A DNA stretch of 64,000 nucleotides from Octopus vulgaris (taxonomy: Eukaryota): NCBI GenBank assembly GCA_951406725.2, contig OX597816.1, positions 89,962,001-90,026,000 on the forward strand, read 5' to 3'. Under the pieces are notes generated by a model, which saw only the letters and a list, made by a program, of their open reading frames with translations, had not been told where the DNA came from and did not search any database. Numbering within the stretch: position 1 is the stretch's first letter; every line of letters begins with the position of its first letter. Below, piece by piece: positions 24,001 through 39,000 of the stretch. The translations under genes and the position numbers were made by a program.

Positions 24001-27000
24001 AGTATAGCAACTACCAGTGCATTTTTTAAATTCATCACTACATTTGATTATAAACAATGTTTATTTCAACAGGATAATTTTTAGGGTCGTGAGGCAATAT
24101 AGCCTCATTGAAATCAGGTTACTTGCTGGTCCCTTTCTCTCTCTCATTATTATTATAGTATAGATTATATAGTATGTAGTATATGGTGCTTTCGTTGACA
24201 ACATAATAGCAACCTACTGCAGTGTAACTTTTACCTTCCCAGAACATATCCAGCAGTTGTGCCTTCTCATGGAGCATCATAACCTTTTTCTGGCACATAG
24301 GTTCACTGCCAGAACTCTTAGAAGGTGTAGGACATTCAGGTGGCATCTTAGGGCTTTAATAACATGCTGCAAAAAACACAGCACTCAACAAAATACTGAA
24401 GATAGCTACTGGATGCCATTTACAAGCAGGTGGCCAAAGCATCATGGTTTGGGGTGTTACAGACCTGAATCAGAGAACTGGGCCCCATGTGTTCCAAAAT
24501 GTTGGTGCAGGCAGAGGGAATGGCATCACAGTGCAGCGCTATGTTGAGCAGCTCCTAAGACCTCATATCATGCTCTTCTTCACACATCAACATAGCCACA
24601 TGTTCCAGCAGGACAATACTCCCTCCCACATGGCTAGGGTCACCATGAACTTCCTGCGTCACCACAATATCAGAACCAAGCCATAGCCAGCTCTCAGCCT
24701 GGATTTGTACCCAATTGAACACTTGTGGGATGAAATCCAAAGTCGGCTGAACCAGGTGGTCCCAAGGCCGACAACTCGTGTGGAACTGGAGGCAGTTTTA
24801 CTCAGGGTGTGGGCACAGGTGCCAATGGCTTTTGTGAACCACTTCATGTACTCTATGTATGGCCGTTTTGAACACCAAGTCAGTGCATACACAGTATTGA
24901 ACATATCACGCCCTACAATCTCCATGTGTTGGATCTGCCCACTACCATAACACATGACAACAACCCATAGACTGTGGTCAAAGTGCATCTAAGAAATTGA
25001 CTTTATCAGATTTATCAAAATTTATCTCTGACTAATGAAACTAAAACATTTCACAGTCACATATGTTTTGCATTTCTTTTGCAGTTCAGTGTATAATGTA
25101 GGTATAAAAAAGGAATGTTAGAGAAGATAAAGTGAAGAATAATGAAATGCAGTTTGAATTTATGACAGGAAGATGAACAGCTGATACAACTTTTATTGTA
25201 AGGCAATTGAGCCATAAAGGAACCTATGTGTGGTTGCTTAGGAGAAGAAGAATGCAGTAAATTAACATTTTTATAATAAAGTTATATTTGATAATATATA
25301 ATTATATTTGATAATATTCATTGTTTTAGTCTGGGTAAGCATTAGTGCCCACCTTGTCTACCCAGATGACACATCCCTGTGAAAAAGCTTACATAAAACC
25401 AAGACTTTGTATTTAAAAGTAAAACTCAGGGTAAACTACTGCAGCAAAGCTTACATCTGATAAGAGTAAGTTACTAACAGTTTTACTTACATTTTCCTTG
25501 GATGTAAAACCAAGTACTGTAAAACATTTTGTGCTTTTATATTTTTCACTCATTTCAGAGATAGGAACAAGAGTAGAGCCATAGTAAAAACCTAAGAAAA
25601 AATTAAAATATGTCATTTCATGACACAATAGAACAAAATATTACATCACTTTACAGCACAATAAAATATTCATACATTAAGATTGTAAAATGATTTTATA
25701 AATTAAATCTTTCCTGAAAAGAAAATATATCTTTTGAAAAATACTGAATTTAAATTTCTAAAACAAAGAAAAGGGTTATTGTATAGCAACCCTCTTCTTT
25801 GTTGTACTTTTAATATCTTTCTCCAAGTTGAAATGACAAATACATGTGCATAAAACAGCCCAAGTGATCTATTTCATTTTAAGTCTTTTTCTGCTACATT
25901 GTGTGCACTCTCTACAACCAAAGCACATCAATTCTACAATACCACTCCATTACATATCATCACAGTTACCCCTTGCATATATCAGGTAATACTTTTAATA
26001 ATCCAGCTCTTATACTCCATGTTTTGCAAACAACTTGCACATGCAAGTGCTACCAGTTGAAAGCTCTGCATACTGGAAGCCAACAAGTGTATGGGGTCAT
26101 CAGGAGAGAATGCGTGCTATTTCAGGGCCTACATCTCGATGGCATCATTGCACACTGGCCCCCACCTCATTGATATGTGATCCCACTTGCTAGATCAACT
26201 GGTTATCAAATAAAGCTCAATATTCTTCTAGCCATCACTCATCTTTTTAACCAAATCCAGTGGCTAGCCTTTTCCACTGCAGTTTGGATATTGGTCATGG
26301 CAGTATTTACTTTACTATGAATTAGGCCTAACAATAACAACAGTCACCTCACACTGTGTCCAACAAATTCTCTACATCCAACTTCGATTGGAAAATGCTC
26401 TGCTTTCCAGTCTGCACCTTCACATTTCTCAAGGAGGTTTACATAACGGTTAGTCTTTCAAGCCCAAGCAGCATCCATGTTATCTTTGTGAGATTACAAT
26501 TATATCACAATCTGTTGTGTATAAGAAATATCAGCTTGCTTGGAAACAAACAGAGATTGGTGACAAGAAGGGCATCCTGCTATAGTAACTCTGCATCAAT
26601 GAATTCCATCTGACCCATCCAAACAAAAAAAAATGGGCATTAAAACAATGATAGTGGTAGTGGTCTTTATGATAAAATTTCTTGCATGTAAACTTAAAAA
26701 TAAAACCCAAAATAGCAAAATTACCAGGAACAGTGTCTTGGTACTCAATTTCTGTTTCATTTTCATCATTCAAATGCAAAGTTCTTGATTCTTTGAGTGC
26801 AGCTGCTTGATCATTAGCAAAAACTTTCTTCCAGCTTTGAGCAGGCTTGTAACCTTTCAACTAAATGAAACAAGAGAATAAACAAAGTTGAATTTCGTTC
26901 AAATAATTAGAATAGTTGTTAATAAAGTTCAGTCAATAAATCATCTAAATTCAATTAATAGTAACTAGAGCTAAAAATAACTGGTAAATTAATAACAAAG

Positions 27001-30000
27001 TATGAACATCAAAGTAAATACTCTACACCTAGTCTGTTGTCATATAGTCATGAGTTCAAATCCTACTAAGGTCTTCTTTATTTCTTCAGGTTTGATCAAA
27101 CAAGCCTTATTTTACTGAGTATCAATTTATCACCACAATGGCACCTAGAGTTACAGAGGAGCTTGGGGTTGGATCTAACTTCAGGTGACTTATTTTCTTA
27201 CGCTAATGTGAACAAATATTTTAAAATGCATATCAAATACTCAAGGTCTAAATCTAATTATTATTACCATCGTTTAACGTCCGCTTTCTATGCTGGCATG
27301 GAGTGGACGGTTTGATTGAGGACTGGTGAGCCAGAGGCTGCACCAGGCTCAATATGATGTGCCAAAGTTTCTACAGCTAGATGTCCTTCCTAATGCCAAC
27401 CACTCCAAGAGTGTAGTGGGTGCTTTTACATGACACCAGCATGAGGGCCAGTCAGGCAGTTCTGGCAACGACCATGCTCAAACGGTGTTTTTTACGTGCT
27501 ACCTGCATGGGAGCCAGTCCGGCGGTACTGGCAATGACCACGCTCGAATGTTGTTTTTCACATGCCACCGGCACATGTGCCAGTAGGGCAACTCTGGCAA
27601 TGATCACACTCAAATGGTGCTTTTCACGTGCCACCGGCACAGGAGCCGATCTGTGGCCCTGGCAACGATCACGCTCGAATGTGCTTTTAACATTCCACTG
27701 ACACAAGTGCCAATCAGGTGGTACTGTCATCAGCCACGTCAGCAATCTGCTTTATCCATAAAAATAGACTATACTCATTGGGTTCCAAATAAATGGAGTA
27801 TTAACTCCTGTAAAAGATTCCTGCACACCAGGAATATAAAACTCGATAATGGCTTGAAATTTTTTCATTGTTTTCAAGTGCTAGTCAGCTATGTTTAACC
27901 CTTTCATTATTAGATTTTTTTTTAGATGCTCTGGGTTTCTTTCAATTAATTTTAAATATAATAAAGAATTTAGTAAAATAACTTAATTATCATTAAGCTA
28001 AAGTTAAGAACATAAATTGGGACTAAGGTTTGATGGAAGATTTTAATTCAGAACTTATGAAAAGATGTTTGTACCACAGAGCCAGAGGCGGTTTCAGCTG
28101 GTTTGGTATCAAAAGGGCTAAGTAAACCTATCACTCAAATGTAACTGATATGACCCTTTACATACAAATGTAACATTTTTAATGCGATACAGTGAAATGC
28201 CAAGTTTCAGTCCGGTTCTGGGAGAAAATTGTATGCTACATTATACAATGATTGCTTATGTGAAGTGTATATTATCCATTTCTTTGCATTCTAGGGTCGT
28301 TTAAGATGTCTATAAATGGTAAAAATATATTAATATGGGTTTGTAACCCAGCAAAGAATTTATGTAGGTGTTATAAATGTTTTTATTATCATCAACATTT
28401 AAAGTCCATTTTCCATGCTGGCATGGGTTGGGCGGCTTGACAGGAACTGGCAAGGTCAGGGACTGTACCAGGTTCTATTGTCTGTTTTGGCTTGGTTTCC
28501 ATGTCTGGATGCCCTGCCTAATGCCAACCACTTAACAGATTGAACTGGGTGCTTTTTGGATTTGCATCATGTCAGTCATAACTCCTCACCCATACTGAAG
28601 ACAACCCATCTAGGAAGCTGGACACACCAAACAAACGCAGCAGTAAATGAGAAAATGAAAGCAATATTACATACCAAAATTGGATTATTACCTTAATATA
28701 ACCACAAATTGGAATTGAAAGATTGCTACCAATTTCCAGATTACATTTCCATGCTGAGGAACTATGGTGTTTTGTAAAGACATTTGGTCTAGACAATGCG
28801 TCACTGCAACAAATAAAACAAATATATAAGACTGTGTTAAAAAGAAAATGTTTAAAACAATTTATATAAGCTAAAAACTTAGATTGGGATGATGTAGTCA
28901 CGTTATCGAAAAAGACACCTATCACATCATCCTCATCGTTTAACATCCACTTTCCATGCTAGCATGGGTTGGACATATGACTGAGGGCTGGCGAACCAGA
29001 TGGCTGCACCAGGCTTCAATCTTGATCTGGCAGAGATTCTACAGCTGGATGCCCTTCCTAACGCCAACCACTCCGAGAGTGCAGTGGGTGCTTTTACGTG
29101 CCACCGGCACTGGGCCAGTCAGGCGGCACTGGCAACGACCTTGCTCGAATCTTACCCATATATAAAAAATGCCTTCAAAGCACCAAGACACTCAAAACAG
29201 TAGATGATTAGCCTAATATCAGAAATAGATATCCTCCTGGAAAGAGCACCAGTCATTCACAAAAAACATCATCCCAGGACCCTATAACTTACCAACTTGA
29301 CCATTTCACCTTTAATAATTTGAGAAAACTAGGTACTTTAGAAACATGTACTACATCAATTTACAAAAATGTACTTTTGCACATCTTAAAAACAAATTAA
29401 TGAGTGAGTGAAGGAAGGGGTAGTGGATATATGAGATCTGATGCAATCTTGTGTTAATCAGGCAGTGCGATGGGTAAGTTGTACAAGGTACTACTACCAA
29501 CAAAGAGAACTCAATACAGGTTATTTGATGGACAAGAATTTTATTGAAGTAACTGGACAACTTTTATGCCTCTGAAGGGCCAGTGGTTTCATGCCAGTTG
29601 AAAATCTTCAAATTAATAAAACACTGAAGAACTGAAGATATTACAGTGTTCAAGAGGTGGGGGTAGAAGGTTTGTCTAAAGAGAGATGTGGGTATTGATC
29701 TATTTAATTTTTAGCTTACTTCAGTTTTGTTTTGATTTAGTTGGCTTTTATGTTTAGTACAGAAAATTTGAGTGCTTAATTGTGGCGGTATGTATATGTG
29801 TGCATCAACACAGAGCCACATTCACATCACTGACTATGCTCCGAAGAAACTATTTCAATTATTTAAAAAGCACCATTCGAGCGTGATTGTTACCAGCGTC
29901 GTCCTACTGGCACTTGTGCAGGTGGCATGTGAAACATCATTCGAGCGAGGTCGTTGCCAGTGCTGCTGGACTGCCTCCTGTGCAGGTGACATGTAAAAGA

Positions 30001-33000
30001 AGACCATTTGAGTGTGGCCACTGCCAGTACCACCTGACTGGCCATCATGCCGGCAGCACATAAAAAGCACCCACTACACTCTCAGAGCGGTTGGCATTAT
30101 GAAGGGCATCCAACTGTAGGAACTCTGCAGATCAAGATTGGAACCTGGTGCAGCCATCTGGTTCGCCAGTCCTCAGTCAAATCGTCCAACCCATGCTAGC
30201 ATGGAAAGCAGACGTTAAACGATGATGATGATGTATTTATAGAAATATATGCATATATGTGCATATGTATGTATATAGATATGTGCATATGTATGTATAT
30301 AGATATATGCATATGTGTATATGTATGTATATAGATATATACATATGTGTATATGTATGTATATAGATATATACATATGTGTATATGTATATATATATAT
30401 AGATAGATACATGCATATATGTGTATATGAATGTGTGTAGATGTATGCATATATGTGTATATGTGTGTAGATATATGCATATATGTGTATATGTGTGTAG
30501 ATATATGCATATATGTGTGTAGATATATGCATATATATGTATATGTATGTGTGTAGATATATACAGGAGTCCCATCTAAAATTTAAATTGATTCAAAATT
30601 GAAGACATGCAGCAAGAAGTGATTAGGTCTTGCAGCAAGAAGTGACTATTCTTTGTAGTTACAGTGGTAATTTTGAAGATCTTTCAGACTTATTAGACCT
30701 CTTCAGCATATAATAATCTAACATACAACTGAAGATTTTAGAATGATCTTTTGGTATAAAAATTATCCATTGATTAAGCAATATAAAATAATAGCAACAT
30801 TATTTTAGATAATGAAAACATGTTAAAAATCAGCAGCATATGATGATACCAATGATATATGTATAAATGAAGATATGCGCTGAGAGAAAAACTGATATAC
30901 ATCTTAAATGCAAGAGAAATGTATTTTTACTCACTGAAAAGAGTAATTATGTCCTTTGACCATAGAATACATTTGCTCAATAATAGTTTCTGCTTCTTTC
31001 TGTTGTTCATCGCTGACTTGATTGATATCGCCTGTAGATTTTGGACTTCTTTAATATTCAAAAGGAAAAAAATGCATTAAATAGCATGAAAACTGGTAAA
31101 GCAAATCCAGTTCATAAGGAAATGATATATTATATAAATACTGTTAATATATGAATTAAATGAAAAAGATCAGGAACACTTATAGAGAACAACTAAAAGC
31201 AAATGTTTCATCATGTAGTTAAGTAACACAGTTATACAATTATAACACAGATGAAGCTGGAAGAGATATGTATGTGATATACTTGGAAAGAGTAGAAAAA
31301 TAAAAAGAAAGTAGCAGGGACCTTGAAAATTAGATCAAAAGTGAGGATGTAAAGACCACACTATTAAAAATGTGAATTAAAATGAGATTTTGCAGATGTT
31401 TTTTAATAGCTTCTTATCTGACTGATATGTGACAATCTATCTTGGATATTGTGACCTTAACTAGTTTCTATATATATAATCTTTCCCAATGCTTACTCTT
31501 TATTGAAAAAAAATTATGTCAATCCAGAGTTATAAATTGTCTCTTTCTAGCAAATAGCTAATAGTCCAGATAATATTGCATTAGTATTTCCAACCACACT
31601 ATCTACAAATATAACTGCTCTAAAATATTTATTGGTCCCATCCCAAGAAACAAAACCTCTTTGATTCATCAACTTATCACTCAAATGTTTAAACCTGTTC
31701 TAAGATACAAACCTCCTGTTTGAAATGAGCTAAATTAAAATCTCCCATCAAAATTTCATGTTAGTTTATGTTCCAGACACCAACTTAATAATGACAAAGT
31801 TATTTTACTAAATTCTTTATTATTTTCAAAATTGAGATAAATGCAATTTCAACAGAAATATGGTAACAGGGATTAATATAGTAAACATAAATAACAATAT
31901 CCAACAACTTGAACACCTCCTCAGTAACTATACCAATTCAATAAAAGCCAACTGTCAATAAACTACTATCTCTATACACACCATTAGAGAATTTTGGATT
32001 TTGTCCTATACATGATCAATGTATTGGATTGAGTTTGACATGACACTCTTCAAATTAAACTTACAACTTATGGACTTACTTAAACATTTAGAATAATAGT
32101 TTCTCTACTTTTATAACATTGAGCAAATTCAATCAAGTCTCTTCCATGAATGTGCTCATCTTTTGATTCCTATATCTCCTCTACACCAACTAGTATCACT
32201 TCCAATGACCTTATATACCCCAGACATCACTTTCAACAACAAAAACTGCCTATATATATCTGTATTTGTCCTCAACAAAGATTTCAACAAATTCAGTAAG
32301 TCGCATTAAGAAAATGAAAAATATTTAACAACTGAAACCAAAACATTACTGCATTCTGAGAAAAAACTAATACATCATCTTTCTTCCCAGAAACAAGCTG
32401 CAATTATAAAAATTATCAAATTTTTCACACATTCTTGAATCAATATTTTCAGACTACTTAGTTATAATCACAAAAAAATTCTTTCTTATCTGGAACTGTT
32501 ACTAATCTTTTACAAAATCTAACTATGAACAACTATGCCTCATATCAAGATCATTTTGCCTACTTCAAAAAGAAAAATGAACCCACCAGCAAATTACTGC
32601 CTTCACTACAAGTGTCACAGCTTTTCTGAAATTAATTACTGTATTTTACCCAAATGCAACACATTTTTATCACCAGCATTAAAACTATAGCTGTAAACCA
32701 TTAGTTTCCAAAGTGGGCAGTATTGCCCCACCCCAGGGCAGTGGAAAGTTCCAAGGGGGCGTTGAAGTGGGGCAATAAAGGGGTAGCAATTCATATAAAT
32801 ATCGGGGCGATAATGGGGTGGCAATTAATGTAAAAACAACAAAATAATGGTTCTATTTGTGAAATACAATTGCTTTGAATTTGCTTCAGATGGTTAGTTG
32901 AGTTGGGGTGCTAGGAATGTGGCCTTGGTGTCAAGCGGGGCAACAGCCCAAAAAAAGTTTGGGAGCTACTGCTGTAAACCATCAAAATTCAGAAATTTTA

Positions 33001-36000
33001 ACAAATTTGACATTAACAGTACCAACATCACATAATCATCCCATCCTTCTAATACAAGAAGACCCAGATTGGAACTTTGGTTTTTCTCCATCTTAAACTA
33101 AAAAACAAACTCAAGATGTAGTCACAATTTTCACAAATATAAGCAAATTAATTTAATAAATAGAAAGTATAAATAACATACATGACATTAAATGTAATTT
33201 CCTGCTGCTTCATATTGATCATAATGTCGCCAATTTGATCATCAACAAACAAACTCATCAAATTAGATAGCAAAATAATCTGGCGATGTTTAAGTCCTTT
33301 CTTTGTTCTGAAACAAGATAAAAATTGGGAAATATTATTGGATTTAAAAAAATTGCAATAAATTAAACTTATTATTACCTCCGCCTTAGCAAAGGCGGAG
33401 GTATTGTTTTCAGTTGTGTTTGTTTGTTTGTTTGTCCGTGGACAAGATATCTCAAGGAGCACTGGATGGATTTGGATGAAACTTTCAGGGATGTTTGGCC
33501 TCATGACTGGCATGAACTGATTAGATTTGGGGATCAATCCAGTACTGGACAAGGATTCTGGATTATTTTTCCTGTTTTTTTACTTAATTTTTTTGAGAGC
33601 GGTCAGGTTCATTTTTAGTATTCTCATTTGTAAGAGCAGACGAGTTTATTTCAGATATTCTCATTTTAAAAATCATCTCTGGCTAATCGTTGAGAGGACA
33701 TTGGTGTTGCCATGGCAGAGGTTTGCACTCTCTGAGTGCTCTTGTTTTTAAACAAAATTTTCATTCAATTGCACACAAGAAAAAAATCACGGCACAATCA
33801 TAAATAAATCTAAAGTGTTAAATAAATAAAGTTAAATGGTTTATCCTAGAACAAACTACAATATCTTTTTAATCTTTCTATATCCTGTTTCAGTCAGTTG
33901 ACAGCAGCCATGCTGGGGCACTGCCTTGAAAGGTTTTAGTCAAACAAATCAACCCCAGGACTTTTTTTCAGCCTAGTACTTATTCTATCAGTCTCTTTTG
34001 CAAAACCACAAAGTTACAGGGACATAAACACACCAACAGCAGTTGTCAAGAGGTGGGGGAGGGAGTAAACAGAGACACAAAGACATGCACACACACACAC
34101 ACATATATATCAGGTTTCTTTCAGTTTCCATCTACCAAATCCACTCATAAGGCTTTGGTTGGCCCAAGGCTATAGTAGAAGACACTTGCCCAAGGCGCCA
34201 CACAGCGGGACTGAACCTGATTGGGAAGCAAGCTTCTTACCACATAACCATGCCTGTGCCTATCTGTTGTAAGAAAGAAAATCATAGTCTGATACTATTT
34301 TCATTCATCCAGTGTACATTGTAATTTATTTCAGCTGCATTTTCTGTTCTCAAATATACAAAAAATTTTTATGAGAAAACTGAGATAATACTGAAAAAAA
34401 TTGGTACTTACTCTAAATTTGTCTGAAGATGGTCCATGGCCACAATCAATGCATCAACAACTAATATCAGTCAAGGATCATGTAAACTATTAAAAAGTGT
34501 AACTTAAATCAAAATTGTTTATAATCATTTGAAGGAATTTTATTGTTTTAAGATTTTAAATAATTTAGTTATCCTCAATGTGCAAACTGCACCTGTATAT
34601 TTATACAAAAGACCATAATTTTAATAATATTAACATTTAATTTGTAGGTTTTGATCCACCCAGGGCTTGTAGTAAAAGACATCTGCCTAAAGTGCCACAC
34701 AGAGGGAATGAACCCAAGACTACAATGTTGGAAAGCAAGCTTCAGCAAAACACTTCATCTCATGTTACTCAGCAATCACTTTGACACCTGACAACGTCAA
34801 TTTGATGGAGGGGGTGAGCACCATATGGGCAGGTTGTTCAACAAAAAGTGAACACTCATACACAAACATTTCGGCTATTTTCGTTATGCTAGCACCTGCC
34901 ATTCGAGCACCAACAATAGATCTGTCATTTTAATGACTTTTGATTATCTTTTTCTGATGATATCTGAAAAGTAACAGCAATTTTAGCATAACATATTAAG
35001 CAACACTAATAATAAATCAAAAAACATAAAAATAAACAAGCTTTTGATGGTTTTATAGATATTCCAAAATTATGATGCTATGTGTTTCCACTATTTTGTT
35101 CAACCCCTGTATATACAGACATGCCTACCCACATATGATGATCTACACCCATGCACACACAAATATACATTATATATACAAACATACATATACACACACA
35201 CACATATATATATACACACAAACATACATACACATATACACACATCATCATCATTTAACGTCTGTTGTCCATACTGGCATCATCATCATCGTTTAACATC
35301 CGCTTTCCATGCTAGCATGGGTTGGACGATTTTGACTGAAGGCTAGCAAACCAGATGGCTGCACCAGGCTCCAATCTTGATCTGGCAGAGTTTCTACAGC
35401 TGGATGCCCTTCCTAACGCCAACCACTCCAAGAGTGTAGTGGGTGCTTTTTATGTGCCACCAGCACGGGAGCCAGTCAGGCAGTACTGACAATGACCTCG
35501 CTCGAATCTTTTTACACATGCCACCGGCACAGGTGCCAGTAAGGCGACGTTGGTAACGATCACGCTCAAATGGTGCCCTTTTTTTTCCTACTGCACGGGT
35601 GCCTGTCAGGCGGTACTGGCAATGACCTCGCTCAAATCTTTTTACACATGTCACTGGCACAAGTGCCAGTAAGGCAGTGTTGGACAATTTGACCAGGGCT
35701 AGCAAGCTGCACCAGACTCCAATCTGATTTGGCAAGGTTTCTACAACTGGATGCCCTTCCTAATATCAACCACTCTAAGTGTAATGGGTACTTTTACATG
35801 CCACCAGCATGGGTGCCATTTGTGTGACACCAGTATCTGCCATGACTGCGATTTTACTTGGCTTGATGGGTCTTCTTCTCAGGCACAACATAACGCTAAA
35901 GGTCTCCGTCATCATTGCCGCCATAAAGCCTGACACTCAAAAGGAGCCTTTGACATTGACATGCCACCAGCATCAGCCACTTTGCATTGTGGGGCTCAAC

Positions 36001-39000
36001 ACTTGAAAGGTGCTTTTCATGCCACTGGCACGGGTACCAGTTACATGAGACCAGTATCAGCCATGACTATGATTTCACTTGGCTTGACGTGCCTTCTCAA
36101 GCACAGCATATGGCCAAAGGTCTTGGTTACTAGTCATTGCCTCTGTGAGGCACAAAGTTTGAAGATCATGCTTCACCACCTTGTCCCATGTCTTCCTGGG
36201 TTTACCTCTACCACAGGTTCCTTCCACAGTTAGAAATCAGCACTTTACACAGCTGTCCTTGTCCATACACATCACCATACCAAAGTAGTTGTCTCCCTTG
36301 CACACCACATCTGATGCTTCAACTTATCTCTCAAGCTGCTTACACTCTGTCAAACATGCACACTGACATTGCACATCCAGTGAAGCATACTGGTTTCATT
36401 TCTTTCAAGCCTAAGCATGTCCTCAGCTGTCACAGCCCATGTTTCACTGCTGTGTAGCATAGCTGTTCACACACAAGCATCATAGAATCTACCTTTCACT
36501 CTGAAGGAATGGCCCTTTGTTGCTAGCAGAGGTAAGAGCTCTCTGAACTTTGCCCAGCCTATTCTTGTTCTCGCAGTTACATTCTCAGAGCATCCACCTC
36601 CAATGCTAACTTGATCACCTAGATAACAGAAGCTATCTACTATCTCTAGCTTACCTCCTCTGGCAGTTGGAGTCTATTTTCAATACATTTTTGGTGTTTA
36701 TTACACCTGTGCATCTTCCACAAACAAAAACTATTTTCCCTGTTAACCTTCCTCTAATATTGCTGCACCTCTTATATATCCATAACTTACACTGGGTACA
36801 TCTTAAGGAATTTCTGCCTACATCTTTTCTACAGATCGAGCAGGGCCATCTACCTGAAGGATTTTTGAATTGTCTGCCTTCCTACTTACTGAGACTTTGC
36901 TTTTTGTTAGGTTAACTCTAAGCCCTTCAATTCTAAACCTTGCTTCCATTCCTGAATCTTCTCTATTTCTGGTAGTGGTTGAGCTATATAAACAAGGCCA
37001 TCAGCATAGAGGAGCTCCCAGGGGCAGCTTGTCTTAAATTCCTCTGTTATTGCTTGGAGGACTATGATGAACAAGAGGGAACTGAGGACTGAACCTCGGT
37101 GAACCCTTACTTGTATCCTGAATTCTTCACTGTACTCATTACCAACCCTCACTTTACAGGTAGCATCCCTGCACATGACTTGTACAGCTCTCACCAACCA
37201 CTTGTCTAACACTAATTCCTGCATTGACCACCAGACAAGGGATTGGGGGACCCTGTGAATGGCTTTCTCCAAGTCAACAAAAGCCCAAGTACAGAGGTTT
37301 ATCTTTGGCTATGTATTTCTCCTGCAGCTGTCTTACCAGAAATATAGCATTGGTGGTGCTTCTCCCTGGCACAAAACCAAACTGCATCTCATCTAGACTG
37401 ACTCTCTCCCTAATTAGTTGAGCTATGACCCTCTCTGCAACTTTCATCACCTGATCCAAAATATATATGTGTATTTATAAAGAGTAAGGACCCCCTTCAG
37501 TCATGAATGACCATGGGATTGCACCTAGAAAGTTCCCTTCCGAGGCACAAGTATAGGCAAAGTTGTTTAAGGAAGACCAGCAGTCACTCATGCATACCAA
37601 CCTCCCCTCTCCACACCACCGGTGTTACCCAAGGAAAAGGCAAAGGCCAATACAGCTTGGCACCAGTGATGTCACAACTCATTCCTACAGCTGAGTGAAC
37701 GGGAGCAATGTGAAATAAAGTGTCTTGCTCAAGAACATAACAGACAGCCTGGTCCAGGAATCGAACTCACTACCTCATGATTATAAGCCCAACGCTCTAA
37801 CCTCTGAGCCATGTGCCTTCACATATTTATATAAATGTATTTATATATCTTAGCTAAATAGGTATGCACAAGAAAATTTATTATGAAATGATTTCTCTTC
37901 TAAAAGAATATTAATATGAAATACAAAGGATACAGTCTGCTTCAGTTGTATCTGTAGGATGGAATTTAACTAGCCACTCCAAGAGATCAAAATCAGGAAC
38001 AGATAGAAATCTCTCAACACATATATTTTGGTAGTTATCTTCATGAGCCAAAGGGTTAGAAGTATTAGATGTTCCAAGCAAAATAACAGCTATTTCATCT
38101 TTACTCTCAGAAAATACCTATAACATATACAAGATTTACTCAGCAAATTCATGAAAAACATAAGATACAACACCAAACAAAATACTGATATTTGTGTTTT
38201 TATACAGAAACCACATTACAAAAGATTTTAATATTTATGAGCTGGCAAAATCATTAGCATGCCAGGTAAAATGCTTGATGGTATTTTGCTGTATTTATGT
38301 TCTAAGTTCAAATTCCTCTGAAGTCAACTTTGCTTATCATCTCTTCAAGGTTAATAAATTAAATACCAGTTGAGTACTGGGGTCAATTTAATCAACTTAC
38401 CCCCATCCGGCTTGTGCCAAAATTTGAAACCAATATCTATGAGGTTGGGATAATTCTATTAAACATGTGTTGTGCAAAATAATAACAATTTGAACCCAGA
38501 TAAACTCATTATTTACATTCGACGGATATTTGTCCTCATCTTATTTGTTGTTAACACAACGTTTTGGCTGATATACCCGCCAGATATAATAGGTGATAAA
38601 GTACCTAAGTATTGATTTGAGATCAAAATCATCATCATCATCGTTTAACGTCCGTTCTCCATGCTAGCATGGGTTGGACGGTTCGACCGGGGATCTGAGA
38701 AGCCAGAAGGCTGCACCAGGCTCCAGTCTTATCTGGCAGTGTTTCTACAGCCGGATGCCCTTCCTAACGCCAAACTATATAATGATATATAATGATAACC
38801 ATTTCTTAAAATTCTATGAATCAAAAACAATTATTATAATAGTGCCTGCCAAGCCGTTATATGACTCATTATATATTTATATCTATAATAATAATAAGTG
38901 GGAAATTCTATCTGAATGAGACTCCTGTATCAGTCTGCATTTGCTCTACATAGACATATTATAGCTTTTTAGAATCAGGATGATCCCAGGATTGAAAATC

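Larger units (their letters stand above)
34461..37933 (-). other. U12-type (minor spliceosome) GT-AG intron 3 of Ku80
   Basis: 5' splice site GTATCCTTT. Branch site TCCTTGAC (34470-34477) places its A 11 nt from the exon. No polypyrimidine tract. Confidence 0.9.

Noticed and set aside
30196-30575. Three overlapping His/Ile/Tyr/Thr-rich ORFs
   Set aside because: Translations of a stop-free microsatellite.
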